The notes below the pieces were generated by a model that was not told where the DNA came from, did no database searches, and saw only the letters and a program-made list of their open reading frames with translations. A stretch of 64,000 bases of DNA from Camelus ferus. Taxonomy: Eukaryota. Shown one piece after another: positions 50,381-63,920 of this stretch; position 1 is the stretch's first letter, and each line of letters opens with the position of its first letter. The stretch spans positions 88,600,001 through 88,664,000 of the forward strand of contig NC_045696.1 in NCBI RefSeq assembly GCF_009834535.1, written 5' to 3'. A program made the translations under genes and the position numbers.

Positions 50381-50769
50381 TTTCATCAATCCTCTTTGCT
50401 TCTGTGTTATGATGACTATTTCTAAATATCAGATATGCTTTTTAAAAAGGAAAGTCATGGTAAGTAGATTACACAGGGCCTCAACTTCTGTCAAGCAGAT
50501 TTTCCTCTCCAAGTTTATGGGTATTTACAAAATAGCAAAGAAACTGATAAGCAACTATCCAACAAAAATTATTTGTTTGTATAAACATGACATCCATTCT
50601 TTACTGTTCCAAATGTAACATGTCTTTCAACACCAAACTCACAGTCAGCATGACAAGAGGCTCACAAGAGCACTAGGCAAACAAGATCACTGAGGAGCAG
50701 CAGCTTCACAACTCACATCACAGGTGCACTCCAGGACCAGCAGACGGGGACTGCTCTTATCATGAAAGA

Positions 50770-50918
50770 CTGTCTCTGTCTCTGTCTCTGTCTCTCTCTC
50801 TGTCTCTGTCTCTCTCTCCTTCTCTCCCTCCCCCATCTCTGTCTATCTCTCTCTCTCCTCCCTCCTTCCCTCTCTGTCTGTCTCTGTTTCCTTCTCTCCC
50901 TTTCTCCCTCTCTCTCTC
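50770..50918. repeat. (TCTCTG)n/(TC)n polypyrimidine simple repeat
   Basis: Directly visible. It produces the spurious ERQR-rich ORF at 50713-51150. Confidence 0.9.
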
Positions 50919-51384
50919 CATTCTCATAAGATCCAATTATGATGACAGCTAGTAGCAATGTAGCACTGATACTTTTAAAAGGTAAGGTCAGTACAAATTT
51001 GGCCAATAACTTGAGCTTAGCCTTCCTAATGCAATAGATCGTAGTCTTACCCTTATCATCTATCCCTCTTCTACACTGGGAGTATACCAAGCTCTTCCCT
51101 GCCACGGAAGACAGACACACCAAGGGGGATGGAAACAGCACTGCTCTCAAAGTGACCTCGGCTCTAGATTGGCTCTACCCCACACTAGCTGTGTCAACAT
51201 GAACATGTCCCATGACTTTTCTAGGCGTCAGCTTTCTCTTTTTAGAAATGTAAGCATATTATCCTAGACAGTGACCTCTCCAAGGTAATGTTCAGCTCTG
51301 GATTATGTTTTACTTCCCATATATCATGTTTTGAAATCTTTTTTTCCTGGTACCATAATCCATCTCTTATGAAGTGTTCCAGCC

Positions 51385-51620
51385 TAATGCTTAAGAGCTC
51401 TGAAATCCAATATATCTGGGTTCAAATCCCAGTGCTGTCACTTTCTAACTGTGACAATGGGCAAGGTGATAACCTCCCTGAGCTTCATTCTTTTCTATAA
51501 TGGGGACAATAATATCCTTTTTGCAACAGGACTGCTATGAAGACAAACCAGATAATACATGTAAATCACCTCATACAGTGTCTACCATACTGTAAGCTCT
51601 ATATAAATGTTATTGATGAG
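51385..51620 (+). mobile_element. MIR
   Basis: 'ctgggttcaaatcccagtgctgtcactttctaactgtgacaatgggcaag…aacctccctgagcttca…tataatggggacaataata…gataatacatgtaaa'. Confidence 0.85.
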
Positions 51621-53259
51621 GATGATGACATCACTGGAATACAAATGTATTAAATGTCTGTTTAATGGAGCTCACGCCTTACCTAAAGAACAGAAGAATG
51701 AGAAGCAAATGATTCCTAGGATATCAAACTGACACCCCTGCCTCATTAGCTCCTTGTGCCAATCTGATACGAAACTCTCCAAATCAAATCCTGTCCAAGG
51801 TATCCTGTCTATTCTGGCTTCATAGTCTAGGACAGGCTTCCAGAATATGGATAGTGGTCTGTGCTTAAATGAAAATAGAAAACCCGTTTAAAACTGAGAT
51901 TATTTGCTCGTATGAGAAAAAAAAATCAAAGAAGGTTATTGGGATTTTATTCTGCTATAAAAATCACACACACCCCTCATCAACTTTCTTTTTTTTTTAA
52001 TTTTAAAAGGTATATTGTAAAAAAAAAAGGGAGAGATAGAAAGAGGTGAAAATGCCTAGAATTAAAATTCTGCTAATAGAAAGGTTGAGGACAAGAACTT
52101 ATACGCCATTCAAGAGAGTTAATTAAAACCAAGTTATTTGAAAAAGTACTATGATTTAAAAAACAATAATTAGCATGTTTATTTTAGTTAGCTTCTGTCC
52201 ATCAAAGAGCAATTTAATCCCAAAACACAGAACTACATCAAATTTAGAAAATGTAACTTAGTGGCATTGAAATGAATTGTTTTATTTCAAAGCCTTCTTC
52301 TAATGGATATTAACCTAAAAAACACCCTTGCCCTTATATGGTATGTACTGTATATCCAGTTTGTGTAAGAAAATGGATTCATCTGGCTGATAAATTGCTT
52401 TAGCTGATGAGTCTTCCACTCACATCAGCTGTTGGAACACTCTTGAGTGTCCACTGTTCTTACTATTTGCCCTAAGTGGCACTGTATTTCACTATATTTT
52501 ATCCACAGGTTGTGCTGCCATAAATCTCAACTGATTTTTGTCGTCACACACCATGTTCCTGATTTTTCTGTTGGCTTTCACTTCACCACAGTTACCGGAA
52601 AAATAAGTCTGAACTTCAAAAGAAAATAAAGATGAAATCAAATAAATGTCTTAAGGCACTGATCTTGGTCTCTTACCATTCAAGGTAAGATAGGGCTCAG
52701 TAAGAAGTAACTGGTAGAGGACCTTCGTTCTCGAGACTCACCCTAAGGCCCCCAAAAAGGTTTTATTTGTCAGTACCGGGGACCTAGAACTAAGGATAAA
52801 TAGCAATGGGCTGTGACAAACAAAGAGACAAAACACTGCAAGACAATTTTCAGCTAATTAACAATTTTAACTAATGAACATTAATTACTTCTTGAGTAAT
52901 TAAAAGAAAAGCAGAACAAAAATCAACAAAAATCTTCCATGATTAATGTTTGTAATTTGTCAGTTTGCTGACAAGAAAATCTGAGCATGCACTGTTCCTG
53001 TGGGTAGAGTTCTGAATCTAGAAGACTTGATTCTATTTCTGACACTACCTCCAGAGCTTTTAAACATTCATTTCAGTTCTATATCTCACATTCCTTTGCA
53101 ACCTCACCCAAATGTTGCGAAGATCAATTAGACGGGGTAAAAAGGTATGACATATCCCCTTCCTAAAATACATATATAGGAAAGACTCTCAAATAGAACA
53201 AAGAACAGAAAGGAATACTGTCAATATTGAACTTCAAGTTAAGGACCCTTCCTATAGAA

Positions 53260-53418
53260 CAGTGGTTCTCAACTGTTAACATGCATCAGAATCACCCGGA
53301 GGGCTTCTCAAATGCAGAAGACTGCCTCCCCAAGTAGACCTTGCCTTCTAACAGTTCTCGGGTGGCGGTGGTGCTGATGAAGATGTGGCAGCCAGGCAAC
53401 CACACTTTGAAAACACTG
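53260..53418. mobile_element. MER5A hAT-Charlie MITE with degenerate 8-bp TSD
   Basis: TIRs cagtggttctcaa…/…ttgaaaacactg, internal 'tgcatcagaatcacccggagggctt', flanks CTATAGAA / TTTTAGAA. Confidence 0.85.
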
Positions 53419-53949
53419 TTTTAGAACACTGGATGGTATGCCACATCCACTGTCCACACTGTCTCCATACCCAGGAGGGTTGGAGCAGATAACCAGCAAT
53501 CAAAAAATTTCCTGTCCATTCGCATCATGCCCAGTTCTCTTTCTCTCTGGCTTTCACTTATTCACTAGAAAATAATCCTATACTTACACCCTAAAGATCC
53601 TTTCACATATAAAGTGAAATACGGATTGTTTCATTATTCATCCTTCCTACAAACACTAAGCAACAAGTTTCTTAATAAAGTTGATTAGCTTTTGGTAGGC
53701 AGCCTCTCTTTTATTTACTACCGTCAATTCAAAAATCTCACAAAAATTTATACATGGTGCCTTATCTTTCCTTTTCTGAATTTAGTAATGCCAAATGCTG
53801 CAATACTTAGTAAATACCAAGAAATTTTGGAAATACAGGTAGCTTTCACATTATTTTATACAAACTTGTGTATTTTGCTTAGGAATATATCAAAGAAATT
53901 TAACTGTTCCCCTTCAATTCCATATTTTTCTCTGATATAAAAATAATAG

Positions 53950-55395
53950 GAGAGAATTCTGCTAAGATAGCCGAGTAGGAAGCACCAGGAATCTGTCTCC
54001 TCACCTAGACAATAACTACACTGGCAGAATCTGTCTGACATAATAACTATTTTGGAACTCAATGGAATCTGTTGAAGGATTGTAATTTCTTGGACAATCA
54101 ATTTCAGCTCTTAACACAGTAGTGCTTGCTCACCTCTAACCCCTAGCCACATGGCAGGCAGCTATACCCTTGTTCCTAAAGCAGCTTGCACACAGTTTAT
54201 GAGAGAGAGTGAGTAAAAAGGACCCTGTCTTCCAAACACTGGTGATCTGGAGACTGGTTGCTGTTTGCTGCTTCAGATCACAGAGGTACAGAAAAAACAT
54301 TGCTTTTGCATCTTCCCTCAATGTTGTAAGCCCCTACCCTTCTGGCTGAAGTGACTTCCAGGGGATTTAAAGAGCTAGTGATCTTCCCCCCTCTTCATTT
54401 TCACTTCTTCCTATTTTGGAAGCCAGACATTAAAAACTAGGGCACACAACTGCACACACAGGGAAAATTAGAAAGTGACTGCACATGCCCAGGGAAAGGC
54501 TGAGACAAGACCTGAAAAAAACATTAAGTTTACATCTCAGGCCAATCATTGACAGAGATGTCCTACAACTATACAAAACAAAATAAAACAAACAACAACA
54601 ACAACAAAAACCCAGTAACAACAACAAAAAAAAACCCAGCCAACTCTTGGGAAAGGGAAGAATCTGATTTCCAGAGTTAGCACATTATTAGGTTCAAATG
54701 TCCAACAACAAAAACAACAACAACAAAATTATAAGACATACAAGGAAATAGGAAAGTATGTCCCATTCAAAAGAAAAATAACAAACCAACAGAAACTGAC
54801 TCTGAAAAAGACTTAATGACAGATGCACTAAGATGTTTAAAGAACTAAATGAAGATGTGGAGAAAATCAAGAAAAGGATGTGTGAATAAAATGTAAATAT
54901 CAATAAAGGAGACAGAAAGCCTAAAAAGAAACCAAAAAGAAATTCAGCAGCTAAAAAGTACAATAATCAAAATGAAAAATTTACTAGAGGGATTCAGAAA
55001 GCAGATCTGAGCAGGCAGAAAAAAGAATCAGTGAACTTGAAGATAGGACAATGAAAATTATTTAGACTAAGGTACAGAAAAAAAAACATTGAAGAAAAGT
55101 GAACAGAGCCTAAGGGACATGTGGGATGCCATCAAGTGGACCAATGTCTGCATCCTGGGAGCTCCAGACAGAGAAGAAAGAGAGAAAAGGGGAGAGAGAA
55201 TATTTGAAGAACTTAAGCTGAAAACCCCCCAAACTTGATGAAAGGCATGAATATAAACATCCAAGAAACCCAAGAAACTTCAAGTAACATGAACTTAGAG
55301 ACACACACACACAAGACACGTTATAAATCAAACTTTAATACGACAAAGACAGAATCTTGAAAGCAGCCAGAGAGACGCGAATCATCACATACAAG
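53950..55395 (+). mobile_element. Old LINE-1 5'UTR plus disrupted ORF1
   Basis: 5' end 'aagatagccgagtaggaagcaccaggaatctgtctc' and ORF1 motifs 'gcagaaaaaagaatcagtgaacttgaagatagg' (RISELED), 'gaacagagcctaagggacatgtgggatgccatcaag' and 'aatcttgaaagcagccagagag'. Confidence 0.88.
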
Positions 55396-56329
55396 ACATT
55401 TCACAAGGGATTTTATCACAATAAAAAAGAGGAAAAAGTAATAAATATTCATATCAGAAAATTTAAGACATACAGAAATATATTAAACAGTCAATCAAAA
55501 CCAACTATAATCCCTCCATCCAAAAATAGCTACTGTGAACTTTTTCTTGTAGTCTTTTCCAGTCATTTTCAATACATATAAAGGTTATACCACATAGCAT
55601 TTTATATTAACTTTTTCCTAACCAAGTGTAAAAATGTCAAATATTATTTTAGAATGACTTAATAACCTCATAATATTTTACCCTATGGATAAGCCATAAT
55701 GTAATAGCACACATTATACAGAACAACACGGAAGCTTATAGGGGAAGAAAACTTTAGCTGTGGTAGACACAGGTGAAGTATATTACTCATGCGTTGCTTC
55801 TGAAGAGGGTCTCTGCAACACCTTTGTAAACAACATAGCTGCCTGACACACTACAATCATGGTTGGGGTTCATTTGCCCAAAGGCATCAACCAATGCTTA
55901 TCCAGAGTAGGTTCATTCAAGACAATTTTCCTCTTCCCTCCAACACAGAGCAAAGATGGAAACAAGGCCCTGCTGATCAGACAGATGAATGGATGGGCAG
56001 ATGAATGATGGATGGATACATAGATAGAATTTGATAAAGATAAATATCAATACAGGTATAATACCAATAGCATACATATTTATTTCATAGTGTTATGTAT
56101 CTATCCATAATTCCTCTTACACTGTATCTCTTTGACTTGCTGTCTTTCCCACTAGAATATAAACTCCTACAGAACAAGTAGCATATTTTATTTATCATCC
56201 ACCCACACAAATACCTAAAGCATGCCTGAAATATGGTAAACCCTTAATAAATGTTCAGTGAATAAATAATGATAATTGAAGTAATATATTATTCCTAAAA
56301 TAATAGGTACTATTTATTAAGTATCTAGT

Positions 56330-56712
56330 AAGATGGTTAAATTTTATATGCCAACTTGGCCAGGTTATGGTGCCCAGTTCTCTGGTCAAACGGAAACCTA
56401 AATGTTGCTGTGAAAATATTTTGTAGATGTAATTAACATCACAATCAGTTGACTTTAAGTAAATAAGATTACTCATAATAATGTGTGCCTAATCTATTGA
56501 AGGCCTAAAGAACATAAACAGTTTCCCCAGAGAAGGAATTCTTTCTCAAACTGTAACATATAAACCCTATTTGTCCAGTCTACCAACCTGTTCTACAGAT
56601 TTTTGGACTTTCTAGCCGCCACAGTCACATGAGCTAATTCTTTAAACCTAGTCTCAACACACACACACACACACCCCCCTATTGATTCTGTTTCTCTCGA
56701 GAACCCTGGCAA
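56330..56712 (+). mobile_element. ERVL solo LTR (MLT2-like)
   Basis: 'gatggttaaattttatatgccaacttggccagg…tgttgctgtgaaaatattttgtagatgtaattaacat…aatcagttgactttaagtaaa…(CA)n cctattgattctgtttctctcgagaaccctg'. Confidence 0.88.
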
Positions 56713-56714
56713 GC

Positions 56715-56930
56715 CATTATTTCATAACTAACCCTGAGCAATGAATTTCATACACATTGTCTCCAGTCTTCACAAGCTAACAAGATGGGTAGTATTAGCC
56801 ATCTTTTTACAGATATGTAAGGAAGGTTTAGAGAGGTTAATTAACTTGTCCAATGTCCAAAAAGTGAATTCACAGGAAGCAGGGATGGGTTCAAACTCAA
56901 GTTGTCTGATTCCAAATCTAAGCCCTTTCT
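56715..56930 (-). mobile_element. MIR
   Basis: 'gtattagccatctttttacagat…ttagagaggttaattaacttgtccaatgtc…ggttcaaactcaagttgtctgattccaaa'. Confidence 0.75.
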
Positions 56931-58214
56931 TTCATGCTTTCTCTCTTTTCAGAGCAAGTGAAACGTTATCTAAAGCCTCTCAATCTTTGACTTTGCAGAC
57001 TCTTGTACTGAATGTTAGTCTAGTGAGGTATATGCCTTAAATGGTATATATATGAGGGGCAGAGGAGTACTACAAGTAACACAGCAGAGATGTAACTCAA
57101 GGTTATCCACACAAGTGTAAAAAAGTCTTCTGCAGCTGATGGTTGAATCTAAAAATGTTGGAAGAAAAACTAAATGTTTAGAAAAGTAAATAAATAAAAA
57201 TTTCTGGGGAAAAAAAGCTATCTCTCTCCAAACTTCACTTTTAGGACATGCTAGTTCCATATTCAGAAAAATCACAAAACATGTAAAAAAAATTACTATT
57301 TAAATTCTCAGCATCATAAAACTGTTTGAGTGTGAACTGTCTCCAGAAACCTACCCAATGCAGAACACTGGCTTTCTTTGGACAATAACAACAAAAATGA
57401 AGAAGTAAAACAGGTGTCATAAATGGGTACAGCTCACATACTATGCTAGGACAGCACCCTTTGAGCTCTCTTATCAACCATTTCTCTACAGTCTTCAGAA
57501 AATGAAGGCAAATATAATCTCTGTAACATCTCTGAAGAGCTGCCTACTCTTTTTTTTCTCCTATACTTCTATTTCTTAGCCTGAATTTTCAAAGATACTA
57601 TCAGGGAAAGACCTAAAATGGTTTTCTAGTATGAAATAAGAAGACTGGGTTCCTCTAGATGAAAATATTCTACCCTTAAGAGATACCACCTAACAGCTGT
57701 GTTTCCACCATTCCTCACAACTGTGTTTCTGCTATGTATTCACAACAATGTTTTCTAAACCCCAGGGCTGTGGAATTATTGCGAAAGGTTCTGAAAATCC
57801 ATACACACCACTGAACATTGCCATTAGACTTAAATTAAAACAAACATATACACTCCGAGAAATATTTAATTTTTCAAATGAATAGATACGGTTGGAATTG
57901 GTTAAATCCAAACACATTTTATGTATTTCTGTTTTAAAGATTCAGAATTGAGTCTGTACCTTTACCTCCTATCCTTCTAAGGAATCCTAAGACGATGATG
58001 AAAATAAGACAAACAATAATTATAAGCATGAATTAGCACTGAAAATCAATTTTAAGGAAATTTGTTGGAAGATACGAGTAAATGAGATCGAACTTATCCA
58101 CACTGGTCTGATCAGAGTTCTAGAATAAAAAGGACATGAAATTTTACACCAGTCATTATTTTAAAAATCACTTTTCAACTATGCACAGACATCCACAAAC
58201 ATGTATTAAGGAAC

Positions 58215-59250
58215 TATGACACATGAGGCAGGGTCCAAGTACTGGCGATAAGGTAACCTGTGAGGAGAGACCAGAAGGAAGTGAAGAAGGGAACCATGCT
58301 GGTACCTGGGGGAGAGCGTTCAGGAGGAAGGAAGAGCAAGTGCAAAGGCCTGGAAATAAGTACCTGCTTCCTGTGAAGGAGGAACAACAAGGAGGTCAGC
58401 ATAGTCAGAGAAGACTGGGTGAGGAGGAGAGTTTTACAAGATGAGTTTGGCATAGGGTGGGTACAGATCTCATGTTACAAGGATGTGGACTTTGACTATT
58501 AGTGAAATGGATGCTGGCTGGCTGGCTGCTGTGTGGAGAGTGAGCTGTAGAGGGTCAAAGGTGGAAGTAGAGAAACCAGCTAGGAGGCCAGGAAAAAACA
58601 GCAATAGATGGTAGTGACTGCGACCAGGTGGTGTGACCAGGGAGGTGGTTAAAAAGTTGTCTAAGTCTAGGTATATTTTGGAAGGTAGAGCCTATAAGAC
58701 TTCCCAATGAATTTGACAGCCTCAAGGTTTTATCTTGCCTGATGACCCAGATGACTCCAATGTCTTTGCCTTGGGCAACCACAATGCTAGGTTTGCCACT
58801 TAACAAGATGAGTAACACTTAGGAAACTCCAGGTTTTGATGGGGAGACTGGGAGTTCCATTTGAGGCATGTTTGAGATATCAAGTGTACAATGGGAGATA
58901 CGCATTCACAGGAGAGGTCTAAGCCAAAGATGTAACTTTGGATTTATACGGATGGTGTTAACCGCCATGAACCTGGATGAGATCACCTATGGGATGAGAG
59001 TAAACAGAAGAAAAGAGAGTTGAGGAATGAGCCCTGGGACATCTCACCATAAAGAGACTGGGGAGATGAAGAAAAACCAGCAAAGAAGTAATGTCCAGTG
59101 AGCTCAAAGGAGAATCAAAAGAAAGTGGCATCTTAGAAGCCAAATGAAGACAAGAGAAGGTACTTATTTGTCAGTTGCTACAGAGAGCTTAAGTAAGATG
59201 AAGAAAAAGAACTGATCACCAGGTATAGTGATATAGAAGTCACTGGTGGT
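58215..59250 (-). mobile_element. L2 fragment (about 1 kb)
   Basis: 'gcaagtgcaaaggcctgg', 'ggactttgactattagtgaaatgg', 'tatattttggaaggtagagcc', 'ctggatgagatcacctatggg…gagccctggg'. Confidence 0.88.
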
Positions 59251-59699
59251 AGCAATGACACTGTCCACACATTTATCCCTTCTGGAGAAAATACTTGAGG
59301 GAATGCTGCAGCCAAATGAGAAATTAATCTAAATTAAAAACTCATGAAATAGACCTTACCACAGGCATGAAATGGCTGTGAGCAACGAACACAGTGAAAC
59401 TCGAAGTTAAAAATATGCAGTTATCATACTGTGGCTGTGTTTATATAATTGTTAAGAAAAATTTTTTCAAGGAGAAAAAACATATAGGTAAAATATACCC
59501 ATATACCCACTATATGGGTAGTGATGTGGAAATAAAATTTCAGATTATTTCTATAAAATATTTGAAGTTTTGAAGGAAGGGGGAAGAAGAAAGGATAAAT
59601 TAAAGCATGCTAACTAAGTGTTCATTAGGAGGTTATAGATATTTTTTATTTTTGATATTTATAAAGTATATATGTATTGATTAAAAGCCCCTTGATAGA

Positions 59700-60625
59700 A
59701 AAGTAAAAGAATACATAATTTTCAAGCATTTTTAAAGAAATCAATAAAGTCAAAGAAAGAAAAGAAAGCTAAAACAAAGCACACCAGAAAACTATCAGAA
59801 AATACAAAATAAAATGTTAGGCATAAGACCTATCATACAAATAATCAAAACAAGTGTTAATTGGTTACATTTTTAAAGACCATCTGATTGAGTAGAGAGC
59901 TGCGAATATAAAAGACAACCCGAAAACCAAACGACACAAAAGGTTGGGTACAATGTATCTGATATCAAACAGATAAGCTCTGACAATTGTCATAATACAG
60001 CAAATTTAAAGCAAAAAACCTAAGGGGAGCAAAGATAGATATTTTATACTGAAAACAGGAATAATCCAAGAAGATATAAAATCACAAACTTTTATACACC
60101 AAACACAGAGTATCAGATTATATGAAGAAAAAAACTGAGAAATGTGAGAAGAATCTCATGAATCTAAAATACCAGTGGGAGATTCTTTTCTCAGAATTTG
60201 TTAGCTCCTCAGACAAAGAAAAAATATGTGACGATCAGAGTAATCCAGTTAATAAACCTGATTAATAAACAAGTTTGTACCCTTGACTCTTTAGAAAATT
60301 CACCTACATTTGAATATTCAATTCAAATATCCATGGAATATTTCTAAAAATTATTTAATAAGCCACATAGAAAACATTAATAAATTCCTAAACTAAGAGT
60401 AGTTCAGTTATTTTTTTCTGACCTGAAGACAATACAAATCAAAAAAGCTTAATAGATAATCAAAAAATCTAACCACTTAAGAGATTCTGAGAACTAGAAA
60501 ATGTCATGAGCCACTGAGAAAATAAAAATGAAAGTTTTAATTTAATTCAAAGTATTTGAAATTAATAACAAAACACCACACACTCAAATCTAAGGAATGT
60601 AGCCAAAGCTGTACTCAATAGGAAG
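59700..60625 (+). mobile_element. Old LINE-1 ORF2 5' (endonuclease-region) remnant
   Basis: A-rich, with 'aatccaagaagatataaaatcacaaacttttatacaccaaac', 'ataccagtgggagatt' and 'atctaaggaatgtagccaaagctgtactc' (degenerate NLWDAAKAVLRG). Confidence 0.7.
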
Positions 60626-60919
60626 CTACTTCGTTGGTCTGAAATGTGTCTCTTTTCAGTTTTTGTATTTTAAAATCCAATTCATTAAATACCTCTATCT
60701 TGGCAAAATGACTCTGGACCTTCTATTTGACATTAATTTTCCTAACTCTCTACTTCCCCATAGCCTTTTTACACATTTGCATCATCCTGCTTGGCTTTAC
60801 AGACACTTGAAATCATGTCTCAACACAGTGGACTTCCTGCGACCAGAGCACAGGGACCACGTTCTCATCATCTTTCTACCAACTCAGGGCCCCGCACTGT
60901 GGGGGTCACTGCTCTCTGA

Positions 60920-61130
60920 TGGTAAGACCATGGGTCTGGAAGGTCAGACAGACCCAGGTCAGAATCCTAGCCCTGCTGTTTCCTTGCTGCATGACTTGGG
61001 GCAAGCTGCTTAACCCTCTAGCCCCTTTTCTCATTTATATGTGGAACAAGTATCATCTTTTTAGTAGGTTTACAGAATAAAACACCAAGCACAACATCTG
61101 AAACACAGCCCATGCTAGACAAAGGGAAGC
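60920..61130 (+). mobile_element. MIR
   Basis: 'ggtctggaaggtcagacagacccaggtcagaatcctagccctgc…tgacttggggcaagctgcttaacc'. Confidence 0.75.
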
Positions 61131-61189
61131 TACTGGAAACACTGAGAAGTTAGACGAATAAAGGAAAAACCTAAGAGATGGGTAAACAG

Positions 61190-61400
61190 TGGGAAAGCAT
61201 GGCTACTGGAGCCCAGCAGACCTATCACACCCTGGTTCTGCCAGATGACGGTGTGATCTTGAGCAAGTTACTTAACATCTCTGAGTCTTCTTCTCCACAT
61301 CTGTAATTCTGTGAAGTTGTTGTAAAGATCAGAAATCAGGAATATAAGATGCTTAGTAAGGAGTCTGGAACATAGTAAGTGTGCATAAATACAGCTCTTA
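61190..61400 (+). mobile_element. MIR
   Basis: 'gtgtgatcttgagcaagttacttaacatctctgagtctt…catctgtaa…tctggaacatagtaagtgtgcataaat'. Confidence 0.8.
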
Positions 61401-62419
61401 TTGTCAGCCCCACGTTGCCTCCCTTCTCGGCTGAATTGAGTGAGAACTTTACTGTTGGAATCTTACTTGGGTTGGCTTGGTCCTCTGATAACCCAACAAG
61501 GACCAGAAATGACAGCAAGCTATCAATTTAGTGAGGCAAATCCCCAATTCGTGACTGTGGTTCAGCGGGGGTCAGAGTAACGGAGGCCTCGGGATTAAAA
61601 AGCAATCTCATAGGAGTTGTGTTGCTGAATAATTTGTTAGGAATCCTTTTCATGAAGTTAGATCATTAAAATTGGCACCAGAGCAATCTTCGAGAGAGCC
61701 CCAGGCCAGTCTCTCTCCTCATTAATATAAATTAAATTCCTCAGGAGACGTTGTGAGTCTTCCCACCTGACAAACAGTGTTGACATTTGCTGGATTCCCT
61801 CTGACCTTTCCAGACTTAAGAAATATCTCCAAATATTAGCCATGAATAAGCTATTATTTTGGTTTTCACTTCACCACAATCCCTGAGAGTAAAGCGATTT
61901 TGCCCACACTTTGTTTTTCAGAATGACCCTTCATTTAATGTGTCACCTTCCATTTTATGCTTAAGAACACACGAGGTCCTGCATGTCAGAAGAGGAGCCA
62001 GTGTGAGGGAATGACAATTCTGAGGCATTATCCTTTACTGGAGATCTTTTTCCCTCCATTAAGTAAAGACAGATGATTTTTTCTTCCTTAAAAGTCAAAG
62101 CTAAAAATCTTTCAATTGGTTTCTTGAATCCTAGAAATAAATTAAAGGTATATTAAAATATCACTGTTACTCTACTTTGCTGGCATGAATGGATTTCATT
62201 AAATTATATAGCTGTAAAATGCTACGGGGGAGAAGGGTTCCTGCTAAGTGAGTGACTGCGTGGAGGTGGGATGCTGAGAATATTGTTATTAAAATATGCA
62301 AACGTGAACGTTCACTAGAGGTAGTGTAGACTGGAGCGTTTAGCTCTGCCATTTCTCTGTACTCAGCTGTCAGTCTATCTAATTATCACAGTGCCATTCT
62401 GGCAGATGAATTTTGATGA

Positions 62420-62600
62420 ATTACAGAATCTTAGGAGTCAGAGGGATCTCTGAAATCACCTGATATAACCCACATATAACAAATCAGGAAAATGAAGTCT
62501 GGAGAGGAGAAGTCATTTGCTCAAAGCTTTAAAGCTCATTAGCTTTCAGAACCAACGCTAGCATTGAGCTCTCTCTTGGTTTCTGCCCCATTCCACACTT
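62420..62600 (-). mobile_element. MIR3/MIR remnant
   Basis: 'acagaatcttaggagtcagagggatctctgaaatcacctg…caggaaaatgaagtctggagaggagaagtcatttgctcaaag'. Confidence 0.6.
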
Positions 62601-63649
62601 CTCTATATTAGGATTAAAGACTACCTCCACTCTAGAGGCACATGGCGGGGTCAGAGCAGAAGACTAGGAAAAGCAAAGAGGGACCATCTAGTCAGAGACT
62701 CCAGAGGCATCATCTGATAATGAATCTCTACAAAAGTCAGTAATATTAGAAATGTCAGCCCCCCGTGAGAAGACTAGTAATCACAGCTAAAGAAGTGTTA
62801 ATAGTCAAAAGAAGGACACACATATAGCTACACTTATTGTGAGACCCAAAGGTTAAAACACAAAAAATAAAGCACCATTTCTACTTGGTCAGAGAGCCAT
62901 CTGATTATCTAAAATTGCCAAACGACCTTCTAATAAGGCTAGGCAAGACCATAATGAAGTGATTCCTATTAGTGTCAACCCGAGTTATGATTCTGTCAAA
63001 ATTTCTATCATAACTCCAGATAAAGCTATCAGAAACACAAGGCTCGCAGCCAATAAATACATTTTCTTTTTGACCATAATGTTGAAAAAGAAAAGATTTT
63101 TATCATTTTAAAACACTCTGGTAGTGGAAAATGAAATGTGAAGCATCATTGCTCACAATGGCTCCTATACTTGCTTTTTAAAGGGGATAGGAAGGTTAGC
63201 ATCTTGAACATGTTATCAATCTTTAGGACAACATGTTTTTATCCTAAGAATTGATTTGCTATGAGTAAATGGAAGTAAACTTCCTTTTAAGAAATAAATA
63301 TAATTTTTGAGGAATTATTTGCCCAAGACTCAGTTATTAATTTTGAATACTTAAATACGATCACTAGAGAAAAAAGAAAAACATGAATGGAAAATAATAT
63401 TTAAAAATTAAGCTTTTAATAAAAAAGATGGGCAGCTGAATTGATTTATAAAATAAACTATAATCTTCTAAAATATCACTTTTTCAATCACTAAAATTCC
63501 AGTTAACAAAAGAATATATACTGAAAGGCATGTGAAGTTAAAGATTTTTCCCCACACTATTGTTTAAACTCTAGGTAAATAACTCAAAGTAAAATTATAA
63601 GGGAGGAATTGAGAAACAATATTTAAAGATGTATTTCCCCTCAAAATCA

Positions 63650-63920
63650 ATTTAACAAATATTATTGAGCAACTATAATGTGCAAGACTGTCTCCTGGAT
63701 GTTTCATGAGAGCAGTCCCTGAAGGAATTTTCATTCTAGTTCAGGACTAAGTAAAATAATAATAATAACTATGATACCCCATCTAACGTGGGAAGGGAAA
63801 GAGGAATCAGAGAAACTTAAAGAAGCAGCAGTGTTAGAGAGGGGACTTTAGGGAAGGGTAAGATGTTGAAAGATAAGAAAAAACAGCAGAATGGAGCAAT
63901 TGCTTGGTCCTAAGGTATCA
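63650..63920 (-). mobile_element. L2 3' fragment
   Basis: 'aacaaatattattgagcaactataatgtgcaagactgt…gtccctgaaggaattttcattctagt'. Confidence 0.65.

Noticed and set aside
50713..51150. 145-aa ORF with hydrophobic stretch and ERQR repeats
   Set aside because: Its length is driven by the (TC)/(TCTCTG) simple repeat. No splice or homology support.
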